This document shows, piece after piece, positions 26,391 through 36,009 of a stretch of DNA of 61,860 bases. Position numbers and translations under genes: made by a program. The notes under the pieces were generated by a model. It was not told where the DNA came from. It did no database searches and was given only the letters and a program-made list of their open reading frames with translations. The DNA lies in NCBI GenBank assembly GCA_964462505.1, contig CAYWXE010000001.1, positions 1-61,860 of the forward strand, written 5' to 3'. The DNA is from an uncultured archaeon (GTDB lineage: Archaea > Halobacteriota > Archaeoglobi > Archaeoglobales > Archaeoglobaceae). How positions within the stretch are numbered: position 1 is the first letter of the stretch; each line of letters opens with the position of its first letter.

Positions 26391-27070
26391 TAAGAGTTGC
26401 ACTGGCTGGAAATCCAAACACTGGCAAGAGTGTAGTCTTCAACGCTTTGACTGGAGCTAAACAAAAAGTAGGTAATTGGCCTGGTGTTACGGTTGAAAGG
26501 AAAGAGGGTATATGCGAGTACAGAGGTGTAAAGATGCTTATAGTCGATTTGCCCGGAATATACAGCTTAACTGCGACGTCAATAGATGAGAGAATTGCAA
26601 GGAATTACATACTAAACGAGAAGCCAGATGTAGTCGTTGATATCGTAGACGCTTCTAATTTGGAGAGAAACCTCTATTTAACACTTCAACTCATAGAAAT
26701 GGAAGCGAATTTAGTTATTGCTTTAAACAAGATGGATTTAGCAAAAGCTAAGGGTTACAAAATCGATGTAAGAAGGCTTTCAGTTGAATTAGGGGTTCCG
26801 GTAATTCCAATGGTTGCGATAAGAAACGAAGGTATTGAAGATTTAAAGCGTGCAATAATTTACGCCGCAAGAAATCCGAGAAAACCGATTTTAAGGTATA
26901 GTGATGAAATTGAGCGAGTAATAGATTTAGTCCAGAAGAGGGTTGTGGAGAAATCTATTCTTTTAGATTATCCTCCAAGGTTTGTTGCGATAAAACTCCT
27001 TGAACTTGATGATGAAATCCTCAGATTGGCTGGAATTGATGAGGAGGTTGTTAGGGAATGGATTTCGTAA
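26387..27070 (+). CDS. feoB: FeoB N-terminal part: G-domain plus helical domain, as a separate ORF.
   Basis: TTG start overlapping the feoA stop. G1 GNPNTGKS, G3 DLPG, G4 NKMD. It ends just before the membrane domain. Confidence 0.85.
   Translation: MIRVALAGNPNTGKSVVFNALTGAKQKVGNWPGVTVERKEGICEYRGVKMLIVDLPGIYSLTATSIDERIARNYILNEKPDVVVDIVDASNLERNLYLTLQLIEMEANLVIALNKMDLAKAKGYKIDVRRLSVELGVPVIPMVAIRNEGIEDLKRAIIYAARNPRKPILRYSDEIERVIDLVQKRVVEKSILLDYPPRFVAIKLLELDDEILRLAGIDEEVVREWIS
27041..27047 (+). promoter_or_regulatory. Shine-Dalgarno-like GAGGAGG inside the end of the FeoB G-domain ORF, 10 nt upstream of the permease ORF ATG.
   Basis: GAGGAGGTTGTTAGGGAATG. An in-frame TAG lies two codons before that ATG. 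Confidence 0.4.
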
Positions 27071-28314
27071 CTCAACTTGCAATTGCGAGGTATGAGAAGA
27101 TAGGGGAGATAATAGGTAGATGCGTTGGAAGGGTTGAAAAGCCTAAAACGTTCTCAGAGTTAATAGATACCGTAGTCTTAGACAAGTACTTAGGAATTCC
27201 GATATTCTTGACTTTGATGTGGGCTGTTTTTCAATTCGCATTCGTTATCTCGACACCTTTTAGCGATGCAATAGACATCTTCTTTTCAACTTGCTCTGAT
27301 TTGGCTAAAAACAACATAAAAAATCCAGAGCTTGCATCACTCATGGGAGATGGAGTATTTGGTGGACTGGGATTCGTCCTCGTTTTCTTGCCGCCGATAG
27401 CGTTTGTTTTCATGGCTTTAGCTGTATTAGAAGATACGGGTTATCTGTCTAGAGCGGCGTTTGTAATGGATAGGGCTATGACAAGAGTCGGTTTGCAAGG
27501 CAAATCGTTCATACCGATGTTGCTCGGTTTTGGATGCAACGTTCCAGCTGTTATGGCTACCAGAACTATAGAGGATGAAGTGGATAGAAAGATCACAGTT
27601 ATGGTAAATCCACTCATGTCTTGCAGTGCGAGATTGCCAGTTTATTTACTGTTTACTGGAGTATTCTTTAAAGAGATAGCTGGAGCTGTTATAACTTCGA
27701 TGTATCTACTTGGAGTAGTATTAGCTGGTGTAGTGGCTACGTTGCTTAGAAAACTCGTATTCGGCGGAAAACCGTCACCACTACTCCTAGAAATGCCACC
27801 TTATCAAGTACCTACGATTAAAAGCGTTTTGAGCAATGCATGGATTAGGATACAGGTATTCTTAAAGAAAGCGGCAACAATTCTCTTCGCTGGAGCGGTT
27901 TTGATGTGGTTTTTGACAACTCATCCGTGCGTTGAAAATTCGTATGCATCTGCGATTGGACATTTAATTGAGCCTTTGATAAAACCCTTAGGATTGGATT
28001 GGACAGCTGGAGTTGCATTACTTGGGGGATTTATGGCTAAGGAGATAGTGATTGGAACACTTGGTGTTATATACGGCGTTGGAGAGGAAGATATCGCAAA
28101 TGCGATTTCACAGCACTTCACTCCATCCTCAGCAATTGCTTTGATGGTTATAACACTTATATACGTGCCTTGCTTAGCGACGATTGGAATTCTAAGACAG
28201 GAACTCGGTAGTTGGAAGTTAACAATGCTTGTAATTACATACGAATTGATTTTAGCTTATGTGGTAGCTTGGATTGTCTATGTAATTGTTCACTTCGGTT
28301 TGGGGGTGGCTTAG
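27058..28314 (+). CDS. feoB: FeoB C-terminal permease part (Gate domains), as a separate ORF.
   Basis: AIARYEKIGEI linker helix, then LGIPIFL, GFGCNVPAVMATRTIED and MSCSARLP motifs. 418 aa. Confidence 0.85.
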   Translation: MDFVTQLAIARYEKIGEIIGRCVGRVEKPKTFSELIDTVVLDKYLGIPIFLTLMWAVFQFAFVISTPFSDAIDIFFSTCSDLAKNNIKNPELASLMGDGVFGGLGFVLVFLPPIAFVFMALAVLEDTGYLSRAAFVMDRAMTRVGLQGKSFIPMLLGFGCNVPAVMATRTIEDEVDRKITVMVNPLMSCSARLPVYLLFTGVFFKEIAGAVITSMYLLGVVLAGVVATLLRKLVFGGKPSPLLLEMPPYQVPTIKSVLSNAWIRIQVFLKKAATILFAGAVLMWFLTTHPCVENSYASAIGHLIEPLIKPLGLDWTAGVALLGGFMAKEIVIGTLGVIYGVGEEDIANAISQHFTPSSAIALMVITLIYVPCLATIGILRQELGSWKLTMLVITYELILAYVVAWIVYVIVHFGLGVA

Positions 28315-28686
28315 ATGAGATTGTACTCATCTCTGCTGTTTGTATTAACACTGACGATAGGAGTTATAGAGGTACTCGGAATTCCAGAGGTTTTTTTAAT
28401 ACCAAGAGATGTGTTTGGTGGATTTGTTTTAATAGTGATCTCAGCTGTATTCTTGCGAGGACTTACAAGTGGTGAGATAGAGCCGTACTTCTGCTTTGGA
28501 TCACTGTTGTTGGCAGTGTTCGGAATACTTTATATACTAGTCTTAATAGCAAACTGTATAGATGCATTAATAGTTGGAGAGGAGATAACACCGCTAAACG
28601 ATTTAAGGGTAGAGATACTTATGCTTCCACTCTCTTTTCCGGGTGTGATTCTAATGAATAAGAGAAGAAAAGAGCTTGCGCCCTGA
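28315..28686 (+). CDS. Hypothetical small membrane protein coupled to feoB.
   Basis: 123 aa with 3-4 hydrophobic helices. Its start ATG (28315) directly follows the feoB TAG stop (TAGATG). Confidence 0.4.
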   Translation: MRLYSSLLFVLTLTIGVIEVLGIPEVFLIPRDVFGGFVLIVISAVFLRGLTSGEIEPYFCFGSLLLAVFGILYILVLIANCIDALIVGEEITPLNDLRVEILMLPLSFPGVILMNKRRKELAP

Positions 28687-28927
28687 GAAAATGAGAAATT
28701 TGAGTTTTCGATGATTTGATCTCCTCTTTGCATTGAACAGTAGATGGGAAAGTTAGCGGTTGTACAAACGAGATCAAAATTCCTCTGTATCGTTATTTAC
28801 TGTGAACATTCTTAGAGACTTTAATGTAATAAGCTATCATGGTATAGCGTAAATTTAAAATCAATCATTAGTTAGTTTAAATTACAACGAGATAACGTTT
28901 TTAATTGCTCGGTATTGCTGTGAGTGA

Positions 28928-30634
28928 ATGAGGGTTGCAATGGTTGGAAATCCAAACGTTGGAAAAACAGCTTTACTCAACGCTTTAACATCTGGAAGTT
29001 TTATCGTTGGGAATTATCCGGGAACGACAGTAGAGATTAAGAGGGGAAAAGCAAAGATAAATGGAAAGGAAATAGAGTTTATAGATTTGCCCGGAATATA
29101 CAGCCTTAAGGGTTACGCAGAGGATGAAAGAATTGTTAAAGAGTATTTCGAAAGGGAAAAACCTGATTTGATCTTAAATGTGATAAACTCTACTAGCATT
29201 GAGAGGGGATTGTACATAACTCTGAGAGTCATGCAGTTTAGAATACCTATGGTCATCGCATTGAACATGATCGATGAAGCCGAGAAAAGGGGAATAGAAA
29301 TTGACGAAAAAAGGCTTTCAGAGATTCTCGGAGTTCCAGTTGTTAAAACAGTAGCAATAGGAAACATCGGGATAGATAAGCTTAAAGAGGAAATACTCAA
29401 AGGTGGGAAAGTTGGAAAGTTGAGAATTAATGGAGATGAGCTGGAAATCGTAAAAAAAGCAGAAGAAATATCTTCACAAGTGGTTATAAAAAGAAGAGAT
29501 ATCGAGTTACCAATTTTAGACGTAGTTTTGACAGATCCGTATCTAAGCATACCGATTTTTTTTGTAGTAATGTGGATACTCTTCAGGTTCACCTATGATG
29601 TTGCTACCCCTATAGTAGATTTCCTAGATCTGATATTTTCAGAATTGGCTGATTTTATTTCATCTAAAGGTGGAATATTTGAACTAATTGGAAATGGAGT
29701 TGTAAAAGGTGTTGGAAGTGTTCTTGTATTCTTACCGAATATAGCGTTTTTGTTTATAGGTGTTGCATTTCTTGAGCTAAGTGGATATTTGCCAAGGGCT
29801 GTTTTTGCTTTAGATAAGGTAATGCTCAAATTTGGCTTGAGTGGGAGATCAGTAGTTCCAATGATCTTAGGCTTTGGATGCAACGTTCCAGCTGTTATGG
29901 CTACCAGAACTATAGAAGATAGAAGAACGAGAGTTCTAACGATACTTATAGTACCGTTTATATCTTGCAGTGCAAGACTTCCGATTTACGTTCTGTTCAC
30001 AGCTGTTTTCTTTCCCGGATTTGAGAGCTTCGTGATAATGGTTTTATATACGTTAGGAATAGCTATAGCTTTACTATCAGCGATAGTCCTGAGAAAAGTC
30101 GTATTCAAGGGAGAGCCTGAGTTCATAATGGAAATACCGCCACTAAGAGTTCCGAGGTTGAGGGATATATGGATATTGACTTGGAGTAGAACGAAGCACT
30201 TCTTAGTCAAAGCTGGAACGATAATATTTGCTATGTCGATAGTTGTTTGGTTTTTAACGAGTTATCCATCTGAAAACATAGCTAATAGCTATGCGGCAAT
30301 GCTTGGAAAGGCTATAGCTCCAATCTTTGCACCGTTTGGATGGGATTGGAGAGCTGTAATAGCTTTGATAATGGGGTTAGTAGCTAAAGAAGTAGTAGTT
30401 GAGACGTTTGGAATTCTACTCGGCAACGCTAGGAATGTTATTGATATAATGTCTACTCCACAAGCCTTTGCGTTCTTGGTTTTTACACTGCTATACGTTC
30501 CATGTATGGCGACAGTTGCAACTATAAAAGCTGAAACGAATTGGAAGTATGCAGTTTTTTCAGTTGTTTATTCGATTGTCGTTGCATATGTGTTTGCACT
30601 TATTGCGTTTGAAGTTTTAAAGTTGCTAATTTAA
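28928..30634 (+). CDS. feoB: Full-length ferrous iron transporter FeoB (short archaeal form).
   Basis: GNPNVGKT, DLPG, NMID, then the same membrane-domain motifs as 27058-28314. 568 aa. Confidence 0.9.
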   Translation: MRVAMVGNPNVGKTALLNALTSGSFIVGNYPGTTVEIKRGKAKINGKEIEFIDLPGIYSLKGYAEDERIVKEYFEREKPDLILNVINSTSIERGLYITLRVMQFRIPMVIALNMIDEAEKRGIEIDEKRLSEILGVPVVKTVAIGNIGIDKLKEEILKGGKVGKLRINGDELEIVKKAEEISSQVVIKRRDIELPILDVVLTDPYLSIPIFFVVMWILFRFTYDVATPIVDFLDLIFSELADFISSKGGIFELIGNGVVKGVGSVLVFLPNIAFLFIGVAFLELSGYLPRAVFALDKVMLKFGLSGRSVVPMILGFGCNVPAVMATRTIEDRRTRVLTILIVPFISCSARLPIYVLFTAVFFPGFESFVIMVLYTLGIAIALLSAIVLRKVVFKGEPEFIMEIPPLRVPRLRDIWILTWSRTKHFLVKAGTIIFAMSIVVWFLTSYPSENIANSYAAMLGKAIAPIFAPFGWDWRAVIALIMGLVAKEVVVETFGILLGNARNVIDIMSTPQAFAFLVFTLLYVPCMATVATIKAETNWKYAVFSVVYSIVVAYVFALIAFEVLKLLI

Positions 30635-30973
30635 AATAATTATTTTTATTTTAAACTTTAATTAATAAGAATTATATTTTAATTATACTTGAAATCATTA
30701 AATAGGCTATTCTGACTTTCTAACTATTTCATAACTTTTGAAACATTTGCGAGGACATTCCTTGTCCCAGGATTCATTGAAAGATTTTTGATAGTGTCTT
30801 ACATTTATCCAACCCCCTAACCTCACCTTTCAACCTTTCTTCTTGATTATATTTATATTTCCGAATTCACTTCTATTTTTATTTTGAAATTATTATACAA
30901 TATTAATATTTTATTAATCTTCAAGACTTGTTAACCTTAATTTGAAACAATTATGTGGGAAATATGCGATACC

Positions 30974-31653
30974 ATGGAGATATTTGATACACATATACGT
31001 TCTGAGGGTAGAAGTGTTGAACACTTCGAAGAAATGACAAAAAACGGGATAAAAAAGGTGATAACGTGTGCATTCTATCCAATAGAACCTAGATTTATTT
31101 AGAAAGCTTACAACGTTTGAAATAGAGAGATGAAGATTTGCTGGAATTGAAATCTATCCAGCTATAGGAATTCATCCCAGATGTATACCTTCCAAGCATG
31201 AGAGAGATCTTAAAAATAAAAATATGGAAATTGATTGCACAGCATTTGGCGAAATTGGATTAGAAACTGGAAACGATTTAGAGGTAGAGGTTTTGACTAA
31301 ACAGCTTAAACTTGCAAAGAGTTTAGAAAAGCCATGCATAATTACGAAGAAGATAATTGAAATCTTAGAGAAAATGGATTTTCCTGAGGTGTTAGCTGTT
31401 ATAGATCACGTAAATTCTGGATACTACGCTGGATTAACAAGTTTAAATCGGTAAATTAAGTGAGAGAGAAGTTTACGAAATCATGTCAAAATACGGAGTT
31501 TATAAATTCATTTTAAATGGTGATACGGGCTTTGATAAAGCTGATATACTCGCAACGGTTAAGGCTGTGAAGTTCTTGTTAGATAAAGAGATTCCAAGAG
31601 AAGACGTCAAAAAGATTGCAATTGATAACGGGTTGAGATTATTTAAAATTTAA
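30974..31653 (+). pseudogene. Disrupted TatD-related TIM-barrel metal-dependent hydrolase (COG1099-like).
   Basis: Fragments MEIFDTHIRSEGRS..., IYPAIGIHPRCIP..., FGEIGLE...KPCIIT..., VIDHVNS... and GKLSEREVYEI...IAIDNGLRLFKI* lie in different frames, with internal stops and missing segments. Confidence 0.65.
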
Positions 31654-31739
31654 ATTTATAATTATATATTATTTTTAAATATTTTAATTATAAATTTTAA
31701 AACTACAAATTTAAATACATTGTAAAACTAGAGAGTTTT

Positions 31740-32099
31740 ATGGGTTATGTCAAAGTTAGAGTTAAGATTAGCAACATTGAAAAACTTGAAAAGTTCAAAG
31801 AATTGGATTTAATAGTTGATACAGGTGCCATATATACTGTAATAAGCAGAAGAATTCTTGAAGAATTAGAAATCAAGCCAATTGGTAAAAGAAGATTTAA
31901 ACTAGCAAATGGAGAAGTAATCGAAAGGGAAGTTGGAATCTGTAGAATCGATTATAAAGATTTATTTACACACAGTATCGTAGTATTCGGTGAAGAGACG
32001 GATATGCAGATATTAGGTGTTACAACTCTAGAAGAATTGGGATTACAAGTCGATCCAGTTAGCGGTGAGCTAAAACCTATGGAATTGCTTTTGTTGTAA
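31740..32099 (+). CDS. Retropepsin-like (clan AA) aspartic protease.
   Basis: 119 aa with the catalytic LIVDTGA motif and a C-terminal ILGVTTLEELG flap-like segment. Confidence 0.7.
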   Translation: MGYVKVRVKISNIEKLEKFKELDLIVDTGAIYTVISRRILEELEIKPIGKRRFKLANGEVIEREVGICRIDYKDLFTHSIVVFGEETDMQILGVTTLEELGLQVDPVSGELKPMELLLL

Positions 32100-32340
32100 A
32101 TAATCTAAATAATATTTTATGTTATTCAATCTTCTATCAGGTGATTGTATCGTACAATACCTCTATTAGGGTAGCAATACAACTACCTTCTATCACTAAA
32201 ATTAGATAGAGCTACCCAATCGTAGTGTCTCTATGTTTAAAATTACTTATTGTAGAAATCATAAATATGATAGAAATTAAATGCCCTAACACGTGTTCCT
32301 TTCTGTGTTAATATCTAAGATACAATAAAAAACTCTAAAA

Positions 32341-33252
32341 TCATTCGTATTCAATCGTAGCTGGTGGCTTTGGAGTTATATCGTAAACAACCCTCGAAAC
32401 TTGCGGAATCTCGGATGTAATCCTTAAAGCTATCCTCTTAAGCTTTTCGTAATCGATTTTTAATGGTTCAGCTGTCATACCATCTCTTGAACTAACAGCT
32501 CTAATTGCTATTATATAGCCGTAAACTCTTATATCCCCTTTAACGCCAGTAGCCTTCCCGATTAAAGCGGCGAAACACTGCCACTTCTCATAGTCTTCGA
32601 GTTCCTCTTCAACTATTTTATTGGCTTTCCTTACAATTTCAACCTTCTCTGGAGTAACCTCTCCAACTATTCTTACAGCCAGACCCGGCCCAGGAAATGG
32701 CATTCTTTCACAGATCTCCTTTGGCAAACCCAAATACCTTGCGACTTCTCTTACCTCATCTTTATATAGATCTCTCAGCGGCTCTATTACATCTTTAAAC
32801 TTGTACTTCGTTGGAAATCCGCCGACGTTGTGGTGAGATTTAATCCCACCTCTGCTCTCTATTATATCTGGATAAATAGTTCCCTGAATTAGGTATTCGG
32901 CGTTGTGTTCTTCAGCAATTCTTTCGAATATCCTTACAAACAACTCACCGATAACCTTTCTCTTCTCCTCTGGATCAACTACACCCTTTAAAGCTTTAAA
33001 GAACTCATCTCTCGCATCTACAAAAACCAAACCCATCTTGCCGAATACCTCTTTAATTCTCTCTGGTTCCCCTTCTCTCATCAGGCCCGTATCGACAAAT
33101 ACGGGAATTAGTCTATCTCCTATAGCCTTATAAGCTAATACGGTACAAACGGAGCTATCAACACCACCTGATAAAGCTATTATAGCCTTCCCATCTCCAA
33201 CTCTCTCCCTTATCTCCTTAATAGCATTCTCAACAAACCTCTTAACGTCCAT
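32341..33252 (-). CDS. guaA: GMP synthase subunit B (ATP pyrophosphatase subunit).
   Basis: PP-loop [10 protein letters not shown] and C-terminal KPPATIEYE. The start was set at MDVKRF. Confidence 0.9.
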   Translation of the reverse strand: MDVKRFVENAIKEIRERVGDGKAIIALSGGVDSSVCTVLAYKAIGDRLIPVFVDTGLMREGEPERIKEVFGKMGLVFVDARDEFFKALKGVVDPEEKRKVIGELFVRIFERIAEEHNAEYLIQGTIYPDIIESRGGIKSHHNVGGFPTKYKFKDVIEPLRDLYKDEVREVARYLGLPKEICERMPFPGPGLAVRIVGEVTPEKVEIVRKANKIVEEELEDYEKWQCFAALIGKATGVKGDIRVYGYIIAIRAVSSRDGMTAEPLKIDYEKLKRIALRITSEIPQVSRVVYDITPKPPATIEYE

Positions 33253-34840
33253 ACTTCTCCTCCTTAAACTCTTTAGCGGCTTTAACAAGCCCAACAAACG
33301 GTGGAGAAGGGCTATATGGGCGAGATTTAAACTCTGGATGGAATTGGGTTCCTAAGAAGAACCTGTGCTTTGGATATTCAAGTATCTCCATCCTCCTACC
33401 ATTATCTGAATACCCACTGAAAACTAAGCCATGAGCTTCGAGATCTCTAATATACTCTGGATTTACCTCGTACCTATGCCTATGTCTCTCGTATATCCTC
33501 TCAGATTTGTATAAACTGTATGCCAAGGTATTCGGTTTTACTATTACTTCAATTTCTCCCAGTCTCATAGTTCCCCCAAGCTCTTTGACTTTTCTCTGCT
33601 CTGGAAGAAGATCTATTACAGGATGGTCAGTATCAGCTAATTCACTACTATTCGCATCCTCCCAACCTATGACGTTTCTTGCAAATTCGACAACTGCAAG
33701 TTGAAAACCAAAGCATATTCCTAAAAACGGTATGTTGTTTTCTCTTGCGTATTGAATTGCTTTTATCTTTCCTTCAGCTCCTCTCTTTCCAAATCCACCT
33801 GGCACGAGTATCCCATGAGCTTTAATCTCAATATCCTCTTTACCTTCCAATTCTTCGCTGTCTATCCAGAGGTAATTCACTTTGCATCCTATGTGAATAC
33901 CTGCATGCTTTAAAGCCTCTCTTATGCTCAGGTATGCATCTCTAACATCTATATACTTGCCGACTATTGCGATCGTCACCTCATCTTTCAGATTCTTCAA
34001 CTTTTGAACTATCTCCTCCCATTCAAACTTGCCATCCCTTTTCTCAAGCTTCAACTTCTTTACAAGATACCTATCCAATCCCTCCCTTTTGAATATCAAT
34101 GGAACTTCGTAGATGTCCTCAGCATCCTCATTGCTTATCACAGCTTCAACGGGAACATCGCAGAATAGGGAGATCTTTCTCTTTGTAGCCTCCTTAAGCC
34201 TTTCCTTGCATCTCCCAACTATTACATCTGGTTGCAAGCCTAACTCCCTAAGCTCTTTAACGCTGTGTTGTGTAGGCTTAGTCTTCTGCTCACCTCCAGC
34301 ATCTAATGGCACAAGTGTTACGTGAACTAAAACGAAATCTTCCTCTCTCTCTTCGTTGTGCATCTGCCTTATAGCCTCTAAAAACGGCATTCCCTCGATA
34401 TCTCCAACTGTTCCACCGACTTCTATCAGACATATCTCCGCGTTACTCTTCTTGGCAACTTCTCTTATCCAGTTCTTTATCTCATCGGTTACGTGCGGTA
34501 TTATTTGAACAGTCTGTCCCAAGTATTCTCCTCTCCTCTCCTTCTCTATAACCCTCTTATATATCTTTCCAGTAGTTATGTTGTGCTCTCCCGTCAATTC
34601 AACACCTATAAACCTCTCGTAATGCCCCAAATCTAAATCGACTTCAGTTCCATCTTTGAGAACATAAACTTCTCCATGTTGAAACGGGTTCATAGTGCCA
34701 GCATCTATATTTATATATGGATCTATCTTTATGGGCACAACCCTGTAACCCATTTCAACTAAGAGTCTGCCTATAGATGCGGCTGTAATCCCTTTTCCCA
34801 ATCCACTCATTACACCACCTGTAACAACTATGTACTTCAT
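33242..34840 (-). CDS. pyrG: CTP synthase.
   Basis: [18 protein letters not shown], and the GATase triad region GICFGFQ ... HRHRYEVN. 532 aa. Confidence 0.95.
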   Translation of the reverse strand: MKYIVVTGGVMSGLGKGITAASIGRLLVEMGYRVVPIKIDPYINIDAGTMNPFQHGEVYVLKDGTEVDLDLGHYERFIGVELTGEHNITTGKIYKRVIEKERRGEYLGQTVQIIPHVTDEIKNWIREVAKKSNAEICLIEVGGTVGDIEGMPFLEAIRQMHNEEREEDFVLVHVTLVPLDAGGEQKTKPTQHSVKELRELGLQPDVIVGRCKERLKEATKRKISLFCDVPVEAVISNEDAEDIYEVPLIFKREGLDRYLVKKLKLEKRDGKFEWEEIVQKLKNLKDEVTIAIVGKYIDVRDAYLSIREALKHAGIHIGCKVNYLWIDSEELEGKEDIEIKAHGILVPGGFGKRGAEGKIKAIQYARENNIPFLGICFGFQLAVVEFARNVIGWEDANSSELADTDHPVIDLLPEQRKVKELGGTMRLGEIEVIVKPNTLAYSLYKSERIYERHRHRYEVNPEYIRDLEAHGLVFSGYSDNGRRMEILEYPKHRFFLGTQFHPEFKSRPYSPSPPFVGLVKAAKEFKEEKYGR

Positions 34841-35019
34841 GTTCTCAACTCTGGTGGAAGCATGTTCGGAATCCCATCTTCAATCGGATATTCGACTTTA
34901 CACTTCTTGCAGATCAACTTGCCTTTAATAATCTCCTCTTCGTTTTCCTCTTCGACTTCAAGCTCTAAATCTGATTTACACAATGGACAAGCTAAGATGT
35001 CAAGCAACTTCCTCTTCAT
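34837..35019 (-). CDS. Trm112-family zinc-ribbon protein.
   Basis: 60 aa: [14 protein letters not shown] ... [21 protein letters not shown]. Confidence 0.7.
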   Translation of the reverse strand: MKRKLLDILACPLCKSDLELEVEEENEEEIIKGKLICKKCKVEYPIEDGIPNMLPPELRT

Positions 35020-35089
35020 ATAATCAGATATTGCCTTGTTAATAAACCTTTATCGCAACGTTTAAAGACCTTCAAATGAATCGACTCAA

Positions 35090-35752
35090 ATGGGCGTAGT
35101 AATTATAAACTTCAAAGCTTACAGAGAGGGTTTTGGAAGAAATGCTTACAAACTCGGTAAGATTGTTGAGGAAGTCGCATCGAAAACAGACGACTACTTG
35201 GCTATAGCCGTAAGCTTTCTCGACTTGCCAATTCTTGCAAAGGAGTTGAATATAGACGTATTCGCTCAGCACATAGATGCAGTCGAATTCGGTAGCCATA
35301 CTGGAAGGATAAACGCCGAGATGATCAAGGAATACGGGGCTAAAGGTAGTCTTATAAACCACTCAGAGCGAAGGTTAAAACTTGCCGATATAGAGTTTAA
35401 CGTTTCAAAGCTTAGAGAGCTAGGAATGGTTTCAATTGTTTGCACAAACAACGTCACAACTACTGCGGCTGCGGCTGCACTAAACCCGGATTACGTTGCA
35501 GTTGAACCCCCAGAACTAATTGGCACAGGGATTCCAGTGAGTAAAGCCGAGCCTGAAGTAGTAGAGAACTCCGTTAAAGCTGCAAAAGCTGTAAACCCAA
35601 ATGTCAAGGTTTTGTGTGGTGCTGGCATAACAACTCATGAAGATTACGTGAGGGCTTTAGAATTAGGAGCTGAGGGAGTTTTAATTGCAAGTGGTATTGT
35701 AAAGGCAAAAGATCAAAAAAGAGCTTTAGAGGAACTAGTTGGACTTAGATAA
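35090..35752 (+). CDS. tpiA: Triosephosphate isomerase (archaeal short type).
   Basis: VIINFKAY, INHSERR, VEPPELIG, and GAGI motifs. 220 aa. Confidence 0.9.
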   Translation: MGVVIINFKAYREGFGRNAYKLGKIVEEVASKTDDYLAIAVSFLDLPILAKELNIDVFAQHIDAVEFGSHTGRINAEMIKEYGAKGSLINHSERRLKLADIEFNVSKLRELGMVSIVCTNNVTTTAAAAALNPDYVAVEPPELIGTGIPVSKAEPEVVENSVKAAKAVNPNVKVLCGAGITTHEDYVRALELGAEGVLIASGIVKAKDQKRALEELVGLR

Positions 35753-35911
35753 CTTTTTCTCCCTCTTTTTCTTTCTCTTCTTTGGTTTTTCATCGAGTAA
35801 CTCCTCTAACTCCTCATCTGTTACGGGTTTCAAATCTAAGTATTCTTCGTACTCCTTAAACCTCCTCATCTGATTTCTCAGCTTATTTCGAAAAATATAT
35901 CGTTTTCGCAT
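35735..35911 (-). CDS. Doubtful small Lys/Arg/Glu-rich ORF.
   Basis: 58 aa counted from MRKRYIF, with a KKRKKKREKK tail. It overlaps the tpiA 3' end. No family recognised. Confidence 0.2.
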   Translation of the reverse strand: MRKRYIFRNKLRNQMRRFKEYEEYLDLKPVTDEELEELLDEKPKKRKKKREKKLSKSN

Positions 35912-36009
35912 CGACCAAAACTTTTTTAAGACTTCAGTTTGGGATGTAATCCAATGCACGAATTTGTAGTAATAGTAGTAGTACTCTTCTAAACCTTTGG
36001 GGTGTTTTT

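Noticed and set aside
26387-28314. Interpretation of the split feoB as a frameshift pseudogene.
   Set aside because: This is not excluded but is disfavoured. Both parts are intact with all motifs, the break is at a domain linker, and a GAGGAGG site plus an ATG immediately after an in-frame stop fit translational coupling. It is reported as a finding with the decisive checks.
30776-30783. An ATTGAAAG 8-mer (preceded by GGATTC) in the feoB-downstream spacer, considered as a solitary CRISPR repeat remnant.
   Set aside because: An 8-mer is expected about twice by chance in 62 kb on two strands. There is no second copy at repeat spacing, and the upstream bases do not match the 43-72 repeat candidate.
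32100-32340. Several short hairpins (ATTGTA-TCG-TACAAT, GGTAG-N8-CTACC, ATAGAG...CTCTAT) and a 10-bp palindrome AACACGTGTT, considered as an H/ACA-type guide RNA.
   Set aside because: There is no ACA box at the expected distance 3' of a hairpin, no K-turn-like GA pairs, and the stems are short and AT-rich. The evidence is insufficient by eye.
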